This document shows positions 1 through 10,495 of a stretch of DNA of 64,000 nt, piece by piece. Below the pieces are notes generated by a model that did not search any database, was not told where the DNA came from, and was given only the letters and a program-made list of their open reading frames with translations. The stretch is from Psilocybe cubensis (lineage: Eukaryota). Made by a program: the position numbers and the translations under genes. The DNA is taken from the NCBI GenBank assembly GCA_017499595.2, contig CM039004.1, forward strand, positions 2,294,001 to 2,358,000, written 5' to 3'. Position 1 is the stretch's first letter. Every line of letters begins with the position of its first letter.

Positions 1-63
1 CTCTTGATTCTAATGCCCTATCGGCTTCAAAAATCAATAATGACAATCGCGGTAAGCTTGCTG

Positions 64-110
64 GCACCGCCACTGCATGCACTCCACCAGGGCTGCAATC
101 CCGACGCGTC
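64..110 (+). promoter_or_regulatory. Upstream motifs shared with dynein IC copy 2 (GCACYGCCACTGCA and CGCGTC)
   Basis: gcaccgccactgca at 64-77 and acgcgtc at 104-110. On the minus strand upstream of copy 2 there is gcactgccactgca (16432-16419) and cgcgtc (16399-16394), at a similar distance from the ATG. Confidence 0.5.
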
Positions 111-183
111 GATCAAGCCTTCTACCGAGTTTATGATCCATCTATCGTCTTTTTCCTAATCAATCACATATACAACTACTACC

Positions 184-2689
184 ATGGATAAGAGGAGGCA
201 AGAAATTGAAGCAAAGAGGGCAAAGCTCGCAGAACTACGGAAAGCAAGAGCCGATCGTCAGCGTGGGGAGGTTGAAAGAAGAAACGAGCTAGTATGTAAT
301 CGCAATTCAAGCTTTCACGACTTTTCTTCAATTTAATGTCATTCCGCTCAGGCAGCCGGTCCTTCTGCTTCGAAGAAAGATGTAGACGACCTCGTAAATG
401 CTCTCGTGGGCGGTCGCAGTGGCTTAGACAGCGGCGAACTGACACCCTCGTCTTCGATGCCCGGGACACCTTCTGTAGGGCGCCATATTAGCCTACCTGG
501 CATTGTAAGCGGGATTTCTCCACGATCAGGATCGGGAAGGGCAAGCAGGCAAAGTGACTTTGCAGAGAGGCTGAGCGCAGAAGGGAGCGTAGCGGTGCCT
601 GGATCAAGTAATGCGGCTACGGACAATGTCATTGAGCGGTAGGTCTGTCTGTTCCTTTGTGAGTATATTTACGATCCTTATGTCCATTCCTTGTGTACAG
701 CTCTATGACACCTAGAACTCTCCCTGTTCTAGTGGATATTGAGCAAGAACTGTTCGAGTACCCCCAGAAAGTCTGCACCCTTCCTTGCACATTTGAGACA
801 TCCATCTTATCTTACTGTAATCTTAGGAACGCGTCATATATAACAAAGAAGTACAGACGACTTCTGTGGAAACAGAACCTTCAGCAGACTATGAAGCTGA
901 AATTCGTCAGCGCATTGCTAAAGAAAAGGAAATCGAATTGGAGCGGGTTGCGCGCGAGAAGGAACTTGACGAAGAAAGTGTAAAGCTTGACCAAGAAATT
1001 GAGCAAGAGATTCGCGGTATGTCTCATAACTAAATATAAGATCGCCTTGATTGACGTGCTTTCGTATTGTTAGAATTATCGGAAGAAGAAAGGGCTAGCA
1101 TCCTTGCTGCCCCTGAGTTTCTTGAATTCGTAGAACAGTCCTCAAAGATCGTTCAAAGAGCTCTTAATGATGGTTATGATTATATTCGTGATTACACCGT
1201 GGACGCTGAGTCTGGGGGGTGGGTATTGGTTCTATAATAAATTAAACTTGACTGATAGAACTATAGAGATGACTCGGAGGGAAAGCGCGTCAAGCGTGTC
1301 TGCGAGTTCTGGGACGAGCGCTATGGAAAAAATCGGTCCATAACGGACATCGATTGGTCTCCAAAAGTGAGATTTATGACTTGCTGCTTGTGGCATTTCT
1401 GACGCATGATCCCAGTATCCCGAACTAAGCGTGGCGTCCTATAATAAAAATTCTGCAGCGTTGAACGAACCAGATGGCATAGTAGCAGTTTGGAATCTGC
1501 ACATGTTGGAACGACCTGAATTCATCTTCCATTCGCAGGTACGAATTGGTTTGATAGACCTTTGACCGAAACATTAACAATTTTTTTCCCTGTAGTCGGA
1601 TGTACTCTCCGTCACATTCTCACCTTTCCATGCCAATTTAATATTTGGTGGTACCTACTCAGGTCAAATCCTTTTATGGGACACGCGATCCAAACACCTT
1701 CCCGTGCTGAAAACACCTCTCTCCGCTTCGGGGCACACGCATCCAGTATATGCTATGCAAATGGTTGGCACCCAAAACGCGCACAATCTAATTACAAGTA
1801 GTACAGACGGGACTGTATGCAGTTGGCTGGTCGACATGTTGGCTCAGCCACAGGTGCGTTTTTCCTTCTTCAACTCTTTGGCCCCGAGCAAACATTCTAT
1901 ACCTAGGAAACCCTTGAACTCGTTCACGCAGGGCACAACAAAACCGCTGAGGTGTCAATAACGACGCTCGATTTCCCTGACAATGAAACGACTACCTTCT
2001 GGGTCGGCACTGAAGAGGGTAACGTCTATCAGGCGAACCGATACGACCGCGCGGGCGCCAAAGCCGGGCTAAACCAGTACGACGTGTACAAAGGCCACGC
2101 CGGGCCAGTTATGGGCATGCACTTCCACCCCCTCGTTGGACCTGTAGACTTCTCCGATCTATTTTTGACCAGCTCGGTCGATTGGACGGTCAAGCTATGG
2201 CGTGCAAAGTCGCTCCAGAAGCCGTCAACGACGCCGCATACGATCTCACCCGTTTATTCGTTTGATGAAGCGGATGATTATGTGTATGATGTAAAATGGC
2301 ATCCTGCACATCCTGCAATGTTCGGTACCGTTGATGGATCTGGCAAGTTCGATCTGTGGAATCTGAACACTGATACAGAGGTACAAATGTCTATCAATTT
2401 ATTGGAATGTTAGGCGTTTAAACGGTATTCCTCATAGGTCCCAGTGGTTTCAACAACGGTGGGTACTGGACGCGCCATCAACAAGCTGCAATGGGACAGA
2501 AAGGAAGGTCGCAGAGCAGCTCTGGGAGGCAGCGATGGCCGTTTGTACATCTATGATATCGGAGACATGGCCTTACCTCGCGAATCCGAGTGGACTGACA
2601 TGCAAAAGACGATCGCTTCGATCGCTGGTAGTGGACAGGCAAATGGTTCTGCTGAGAGTGATGCCACTCGGATTGTCGCTGGACGATGA
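184..2689 (+). CDS. Cytoplasmic dynein intermediate chain (WD40), copy 1; multi-exon
   Basis: ATG 184 gives MDKRRQEIEAKRAKLAELRKAR (N-terminal coiled coil); first intron 292-351 is GT..AG. Later exons encode YNKEVQT (light-chain-binding-type motif) and WD40 segments ([43 protein letters not shown]). Stop TGA 2687-2689. Confidence 0.93.
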
Positions 2690-3307
2690 ACGACACACAT
2701 ACTCATTTTGTTATATATTCCCCTAGTCATATCTTTTTACTTGGATTTTATATCTTTATATATCTACTTTACGCGTAATCTTCATATTTATATTCTTCTG
2801 GTCGTTCTATTTTGCATTCATCGAAAAAGGAGAAAAATAAAAAGAGATTTGGAGGTTGGTTTTCTCCTACGTCCTCTGGTCGTTTTGTATTGACCGTACC
2901 GCTAATTGTGGACAAGGAAGAGTTATTCTCGTTCCTTTAGTTCAAGCTATACTATAATTAGCTACGTTCAGGTTGTGCTCGAGTCGAACGTCCATAGTCA
3001 TTCAAGCTGCGAGAGTCACTGGTTGCTAATGCCATAATCTTTGAGCCGACTTGTTGCATCTGCAGTAAGAATTAATAAACCTTGGGTGGAATCCTTTGAT
3101 GGAGGTAAGAAGCAAGCCATCCATGTTTTGCTATTCAACACTGCGCTCTGGATTCCACAAAAAAAGATACACCATTCTTCTTTTGCATTTTCAAAGCTTG
3201 CATCATCATTTTACTGCAGAGTTGTCTGTCCATGAATTTTCCATACATGCATTGACATTTTTATTGATCCAAGAAAATACAAATCTATAAATCTGAATAG
3301 AATGTTA

Positions 3308-3450
3308 TACAGAAATGTAATAGAGAGGGATAATGAATAGAAATGTACTAGATATGTCATGGAGATGAAGAAATAGAAATGCAATAGAAATGTCATGAAG
3401 ATGAATAGAAAATAGAAATGTAGTACAAATGTCATAGAAATGAAAAATAC
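3308..3450. repeat. Degenerate ~36-39-bp minisatellite (atagaaatg...tgtcat...atgaa), 3-4 copies
   Basis: Units atagaaatgtactagatatgtcatggagatgaagaa / atagaaatgcaatagaaatgtcatgaagatgaatagaaa / atagaaatgtagtacaaatgtcatagaaatgaaaa. Confidence 0.7.
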
Positions 3451-3891
3451 ATGTGATAGAGAATGAATAATACATAGCATACAAATGATGAAGAAGCGAA
3501 CACATGGAAGGCGACCTTCTAAGCTGAGGAGTAAAGTTGAACAAACACAGGCCCAGGTTGGCAAAGGGCGACGACAACGCAAAGCACGAGAACGAGAAGC
3601 TCCGGGTCCGAGTGCGGGTCCGAAAAATGAAGAATAAACAATTTTTTTTTCATCCGAAGTATGTTCCGGGGGGTTCGAAAAGATTTTTTGATGTGAAAAG
3701 GGCGTCGAGGGTCCAATTGTTGATGGTGTCGAGTGGAGTAAGACCCAAGGCGCGTGAGAAAGAGAAAATCCATAGAAAAGGAGGCCGCCAACAAAGATAG
3801 AAAGATAGGATGAAGATGTTGCCAGATGAAGAAAAATACAAATCGAGGATGCCGGTGCCAGTATTGTCCAAATTGAGATAGTAGGACACAA

Positions 3892-3970
3892 CGAGAGAAA
3901 GAGACAGAAAGAAACAGAGAGAGAAGAGAGAGAGAGAAGAGAGAGAGAAGAAGAAAAGAGAGAGAGAAGA
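3892..3970. repeat. GA-rich purine microsatellite
   Basis: (GA)n/(GAA) runs read directly; lies downstream of the 4247-7350 gene. Confidence 0.8.
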
Positions 3971-4246
3971 CTCAACCGAGACTGTAGTGCAGGTGACAAA
4001 AGGCCTTTGAGAGATGCAGTAGCGAGCCAGCCAGAGAGAACAACCCGGGAACAGAAGACTAGGTTTTAAGAAAAGAAAAACCCGCCAAAGGCGGAGAGGC
4101 GAAGACTTGCCTCTAAAACATTTTTTGTGTCAACCGTGGTGACGTCAACGAGAGCCTAAAAGAGCGTTGACGAGAGGCCCAAGTCACAAAGACGTCACCA
4201 GGGGGGTTTTGAAAAAATTTTCGAGAAAAAAGTCAAAGAAAAAAAC

Positions 4247-7200
4247 CTAGAAGGGAACAATGTTCCGGGGGGAGTCCTCGGGAGAGACAGTGCCAGGAGG
4301 ATGTGTCACAGTCCTGTTGCCGTTATCGTCGAAATCTCGCAGTGCCACCCGCATGGGAAGCATCAAAGGTCTGATGCCGGTGATGGCCCGTGGTTTGTAA
4401 CCCATGCTTCCTCGGCGCTTAGGCGTTGCACCCTGGGAATCGCGCTTAGGAGAACCTGGGCTTTGAACCTGAGGTGTGCTGGGAGCAGACATGCTCGCAC
4501 GGTTGCTGGCATTGGCGATGATGATCTCCTCGACCTTGTTCATCTGCGAACGAAGGCTGGCCATGTTGAGAGGGCCACCGTAGATACCAACAGGGCGTGA
4601 ACGGACCTGAGTTTCGCCAGATGAAGCCTCCACAGCCTTGTTGCCAGTGGATTCAAAAGTGTGAGTGTCAGGTGCGGGCGTGGAAGGAGCAGAAACGAAG
4701 CCGGAGACAGATACGCCGTCGTCCTCAGCGGAAACGCGGGCAATGACGTCGGTAACACACAGAGAGGCGGTCAAGGGGTCGGTGGTGGCAGTCCCAGCAT
4801 CGATGATAGAAACACGTCCACGATTGGACGAGAAGGAGCCAAGAGAAGAGTCTGGCAGCAAGTTTGCCACCAACATGTTCTCTCCAACATCAGGATCTGT
4901 GGGATAGAAGCAGTTAGCAAAGGAAGTTTGACATAAAGAGGGAGTTGAATCAAATACTTACTAGACTTCCTACGCTCTTCCTCTGACACAACTGTCATGC
5001 TGAAGGAATCATTTGCATCCACTGAAGAGTCAATAGAGAATGACGTCCATACGGTAGAGGAAACACCAGACACCTCACGGGATGAGGGAACGGTATCCTC
5101 GTCGTCGCTGTCGTCAAAGCTAGACCCCGCAGCAACGAGCTGGAGGTCAGGCGCCGAAGCCACCTTGCGAAGCCTGGAGATTCGGCGCTTAGGAGGAGTT
5201 ACCGAGTATACTCGGCGCCTTTGCATGGGAGTAGGCGTCCATGCGACATTTAGAAGTTCCGGGGCCGGAACAGTCTCTTCTTCCATGACGGGATCGAGGG
5301 CGAGGTCGGTCTCCGTTGGGAGCGTAAATATGAGTTGAGGGACGTTCTCAACGCTGTGGGTTGGCGATGTCTGTTGGGAATAAACAGAGGGCAAGGAGTC
5401 CATGGAGCCAACAGTTTGGCCCATGCCCTCCCCCTCCAGGTCCGCTAAAGAATACGTTAAAAAAAGATTCCAAAAATAAAGAGGTATTCGAACCTGTGAT
5501 GTTCACGAAAGAAGTGGTGTTAACTAGATAAACAAACCAGGAGTTAGTAAAATGAAAACGAATGAAATATGTTTAACGCACCTATTTCGTTGGTGTCTGC
5601 GTCCACCTCCACCAGTCGTGTTAAAGCTGGGTAAGAGGACATGAAACCGGTCGCCTCCGGATGAATAACTAGCCAATCCATAATTGTTTGCGCGTCCCTT
5701 TCTTCATGGTCCGTTACGACTTTGTTAAGCTGAAAAAGGGACATCTCCTCCACCGCTGGCTCTTTCTTAGAAACCTTCAATCCAAACGCCGATAAGAACT
5801 CTTCCAAATCATTGATGGGAACAGACGATGCATCTTCCTCGGCATTATCCCTCATTGCGGCAAGGATATCGGCCCAAGACATCCTGGTCGGGGCGGGGGG
5901 CTCTTCGTCAGAGGACGTGTTGGTGGCGTGGTCAGACTGGCGATCCGCAGGTACTTCAGTGGTGATTGTGTTACCGCTTGAGGGTTCTATTTGAACAGGT
6001 TCGCTGTCGGCGTCCTCCACAATGGCGTGGATCGATCTCCTCCCTGCCGACAATGATGAACTGGGCGAGGGTACGATGTTCCTGGGAGAGGCGCCTGCCT
6101 CCAATACTGGCGTTTCTATCTCCATGAAGGAGGGCCAGCGATGTCCTGCCCTGGAAGACCCCGGCATAAGATTGAACTCGGGCGAGAACTGGGGTAGCAA
6201 GGACTCCCTGGCGGATATGCTGAAAGATCCTCGAGTGGGGATCGAATCCGTCGAAAACTTATTGCGGGACAGGGCTACCTCGCTCTGCGATGGGGGGGAA
6301 GAACTGACACTTTTCACTTCTTGGCTGCAGATAACACTGGGCTCCTCCACCACGCTTTTTGCTGAAGTGCATGGGACCGCTTTAGAGAGAAACTTCATAA
6401 CTGGTAAAGGTATTAAATATCAACGACCTAATTGACTTGAGCTAGTTTGATATACTCACATCCATTTCGTCCTTTTTTGGCCGGGAGTGGCAAGGGGAGT
6501 GACTCCTTAGAAAGGTCTTGGGCTACTGAGAAAAAATCAATTATAAATTCTTGTATTGGAGGCTGTATATACTCACCTTTTCGAGTTTGCTTCGTCATTG
6601 TAGGAGATGTTCTTTGTTCTTGGGCAATATCTTGATTGGCTGAGTACAAATCATATAAACAATTGTCAGTCATATAACCCTCATATACACTTACATCCCT
6701 TTCGACCTCGCTTGACGGATGATGGCGAGGATATTCTGTCTTGGGAGATATCTTGGACAGCTGAACGATATATCAGTACATGTAAAGGCGTAGACTCCGT
6801 GTACACTTACGACCTTTGTGACCACGCTTGACTGATGTAGGAAGGGGTGTAGTATTGTGATCGATAGTATGAACAGCTGAAGCTACCACATGTCAACATA
6901 TACAACAACAGATAACACAGCAATGTACACTTACATCCTTTGCGACCTCGATTAACTGATGATGTAGAGGGTGATTTATCATAGGCGTTATCTTGAACAT
7001 CTGGGCGTATGACATATCAACACAGAGGCCTCCTGTACTGACTATATATTAACTCACATTCCCTTCGTCCTCGCCTGTTGGACGGGTGAGGGAGTGTATA
7101 ATCCTGGGCGGGGTCCTGGATAGCTGTATACAATTTTTAAAAAAAGCGAGGACAGAGCCAGTAAGAATATACACGCACACCCATGTCTGCTTCTATGTAA

Positions 7201-7350
7201 CGAAGGCGGGGGGAGTTGGTCCCGGGCGATGTCCTGCAGGTACCTGGAGGAGGGAGGGTCAGGCATGTTAAACTTCATGCTAGGAGACTGTTTGAAAGGG
7301 CGAGATATTAATCTCGGATATTGAGGTACCGGCTCAGATGATAGGTGCAT
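4247..7350 (-). CDS. Uncharacterised Ser/Pro-rich, likely disordered protein (~848 aa, 11 exons) with an N-terminal exon-encoded repeat array
   Basis: Hand-spliced exons 7350-7179, 7123-7058, 7000-6935, 6876-6811, 6760-6695, 6639-6577, 6525-6460, 6400-5582, 5523-5494, 5444-4962 and 4896-4247. All introns are GT..AG, 49-65 nt. The CDS totals 2547 nt and joins ORF-track fragments 5544-6398, 4771-5424 and 4247-4876 in one frame. TATAAAT at 7422-7416. The start codon choice is inferred. Confidence 0.8.
6460..7244 (-). repeat. Tandem array of duplicated exon+intron units (six 63-66-nt exons plus one repeat at the end of exon 1)
   Basis: Repeats YLQDIARDQLPPPSLHRSRHG / SIQDPAQDYTLPHPSNRRGRRE / YVQDNAYDKSPSTSSVNRGRKG / SVHTIDHNTTPLPTSVKRGHKG / PVQDISQDRISSPSSVKRGRKG / SNQDIAQEQRTSPTMTKQTRK / VAQDLSKESLPLPLPAKKGRNG. 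DNA similarity is visible, e.g. tacacttacatcc(c/t)tt(t/g)cgacctcg near 6686 and 6926. Confidence 0.85.
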
Positions 7351-8782
7351 ATTGGGTGTTGTATGATTTGATGTTTTGTTAAGGAAGAAAGACAGGATTG
7401 ACCAGTAGGCAGGATATTTATACCGGCGGGGTGATCGAGCATTATTTATATATTTGTCTGTAAAGCTTTTTGTCACATGCTGCACGACAATTTATGCTGA
7501 AGATAATGTGCTTTGAAAGACCATAAATGAGTTGAATGAAACATAGGACCTCGTTCATCGATAAGTCCGGCGACTTTCCTGAAGGGAGTCCTGATCCAGT
7601 ACAATTGCATTGACGTTCCTATGATTTGGGACTATGCCAATCAAAGATATCAAATAAATCTATGGAAGATTATTCAGTGGAATAGAATATTTACTTGAGA
7701 GATTCAGACCTGTGATGAAAAAAAAATCCGCGTAAGGCCTTTCTAAGCCCCTTATGGGCGTCTAATTTGAAGCCTGTGGAATCCTTGGATTGTCGCAAGA
7801 GGCAGGAGTGATAAGTATGTAATCCATGTGTGGAATAGACGCACTTACAATGACTCGCAATTCATCGTCTACGATGGAACATTTCAAGAAATAGTACAGC
7901 GCCGCAAACATCAGTCTCACCAGCAATGATGACCACGTCGACACGTTAATCGTGGTTGAGGTGATCGAATGATCAAATTACAGGCAAAATTCTGCATTTT
8001 ATACCCAGATTCGATACAGAGTTCAGCACATAGACCGCGTTTTCATCTCGTCGAAAGTGGTGTAGAGCAAGGGATGTTGTCAGTTGAATTTGAGTTTGTG
8101 GTTTGGTTTAAACTCGGCGGCAGTTGCGTTTTGTAATTTGGCATTTAGACTCCGACGCTCCGCCAAATTGGAACTCCGTTGATCGCCGTCGCTTCTATAA
8201 GTTCTATTCACAGAACTTATTGTGCTGGTTTGGCCCACTGTTCAACCAACCTTCAGCGCTTCAGCGCTCAGCACTATGGAAGTTTTCAAGTACTTGTTAA
8301 TTCAGCTACTTAACAACGTTTAATTACCAGTCTCTATGTTGACCGGAGGAGATCCACATCATACAGGAAGTTTGCGTCGCTATTTTCTCGTGCAATATAA
8401 TTTTTGACAAACGCTCAACGTGTTGTACACATCAGCTCAGGACATCGATTGTGCCAATCTTACTACCGAAGCCTAAACGGGGAAAGAAATTTCCCTAATT
8501 AGGCACACTATTATCAAGATCTAATCATTCTAACCATGACCAGTACATTCAATACCTTTGGACCGGAAAACATGCAGAACGCCTCGACAGGTTTTGTGCT
8601 GTTTCGTTCCTTTCCAGAACTCACCGATTGCCCGCATCTCCGGAATTCTCACTAAACGTTTCACGTGTAATCACCTATTGTATTAAGTCACAGGCCGTAT
8701 CACCGTGCAACCCACAACAACCCCAAGAGCATTTTATCTCATCCTTCATCACCTCCACTCTCAACTCTCTTATAACAGAATC

Positions 8783-9708
8783 ATGTCCAACGAAAATGTC
8801 ATTGTTTATCGGTCTGTTATTATATCCTTGTTACTAGCAACCCTCATTGTCGCTCATTTCACCCTCTATCATCTAGCTACGACACTTCACCTTATTCTCA
8901 AAAGATTGACCATGTCCTAGCCTTGAAGAACATTCCTCACGAGCATGTAGATGTAATCGAGTCAATTCTCAGTTGATGTTACATCCTTTGCTCATTCATA
9001 TCTTCGACGTTGTTCTTCAGGTCTCAATGATGCTTCCTCGCCCTGAAATTGCCGACCAGTTGGGAATAAACTACCGCCGCATACCCATACTCGCCATTGG
9101 AAATGATGTTTATTGCGACACTGGGCACGTATTACTTCATCAAAGTTCACTTGACACTCTAATACTAAACATTATTACACTCTTATAGCGCCTACACTGG
9201 AAAGGCGCTTCCCCCCGTCAGCCACACAAGGCACAATTTATCCTGGCCCCAAACATAGCGAGGGTAAAGAAGGTGCAACTAAAGGAGCCTGGAGGACTCG
9301 TCACGGCGTTCTCAAAATTTTACACCGACAATGTGTTGTTTCCGCTGATAGTGAGCGTATTGCCTTGGGAGGCCTCCCCTCCAGCGTTCATCGAAGATCG
9401 CGCCAAGGTTCATCCGCCCCCAGCTCACCTTACATCCGTAAATAACTGAATATATTTTTTCAATTTATCTAGCTCCTCGGTGGACCCATAAATTTAGAAC
9501 AATTTGCAGAAGGCAGACCAAGCTCGATTTCCCTATTTTCCTCGCATTTGGTAAGGCTCATAATAACTTTGTCGCCCATCATCCTTTGCCATTCTCATCC
9601 GACCAACCCCATAATCATCGTCAGCTTCTCCCGGAAGAGCAGCTAAGCGACTCCCGCGAATGGCTTTCGGACACCAAGGCTTTAAGCCTCACCGATATAT
9701 CCGTACAT
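8783..9708 (+). pseudogene. Glutathione S-transferase (thioredoxin-fold N-domain) pseudogene, 3'-truncated
   Basis: Exons give MSNENVIVYR-YDTSPYSQKIDHVLALKNIPH, MLPRPEIADQLGINYRRIPILAIGNDVYCDT, LIAPTLERRFP, GLVTAFSKFYTDNVLFP and EEQLSDSREWLSDT..SLTDISVH. Intron 3 has gcacgt/cac in place of canonical GT/AG, a frame change occurs between ~9260 and 9294, and homology stops at ~9708 just before a tandem repeat. Confidence 0.75.
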
Positions 9709-9751
9709 GTGTGCTAGAACTGCTTGCTCACTGTCTTAGAGCGAAGTGTAT

Positions 9752-9890
9752 TGGACTTGTATGCCATTGGTATTATGGACTTGTATGCCACTGGTGTTGT
9801 GGACTTTCCAGCCACTGGTCTGTGGGCTTACGGCGCTAGTCTGGTGAAGAAGGGACTTCGGTACGCCATTGGTTACGATGGACATACGCC
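9752..9890. repeat. ~24-bp tandem repeat (tggacttgtatgccaYtggtRttR), 3 clear plus 2-3 degenerate copies; possible TE subterminal repeat
   Basis: Units at 9752-9775, 9776-9799 and 9800-9822, then degenerate copies. It begins where the GST pseudogene breaks off. Confidence 0.7.
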
Positions 9891-10495
9891 CAGGGTTTTT
9901 CAGTAGGTAACTATGCCAGGACCTGGTTCTGGTCCTCTCTCAACGGAGACACACTTGAGAATATGCAGCCAGCCAGGACCAAACCTGTAACCTTTTGGTG
10001 TGTGCTGGGGACTTTGCCTTTTCAACAAGTGGGGTTGTACCAACTGGGCGTTCAGTGGGGGTGAAAGAATACTCTTTGATGGGAAAGTGCCGTCCTTTGT
10101 GTTTCCTTGGTTTAATTGCATTAAATGTTTTGCGCAGATTATCCTATCAGAACTGCAGAGCCACCTAATAGTATTGGTGGTTTCCCTGAAGCAAGTCCGA
10201 TTCTCAAATATTTTCGCCTATCGAGTTGCAAAAATAGATCAGGCGCTTAATTCAACATAATGTGGCATTCGACAATCGGCGATCACAACTTGGGACCTCT
10301 GCCCTTCATGCTAGCTTGGTCATGATAGACGGAAAGTCGTCTGGCCTATCTCGCTAAACAATATGTGGTATAAAGCAGGAATACATCGGCATGCAGTACA
10401 AGTTTAGCGGTATCCAGCTTCGATCACCATCATGGTATATGCTTTCCATTGAATGCCCCCGCGTATGCAGTGCCTGTCAAATGGTATACTAATCT

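Noticed and set aside
3211-3999. 262-aa hydrophobic minus-strand ORF with FISMTFxLHFY repeats
   Set aside because: It has a non-ATG start and is a translation of the GA microsatellite and the 36-39-bp minisatellite; more likely 3' UTR or intergenic sequence.
6460-7350. Repeat array as a Kex2-processed repeat peptide (KEP) or RiPP precursor
   Set aside because: There is no signal peptide, dibasic KR/RR sites are not present in every unit, and the repeats are fused to ~650 aa of intracellular-looking disordered sequence.
9752-9890. CRISPR-like array
   Set aside because: Eukaryotic context, head-to-tail repeats without unique spacers, and no cas genes.
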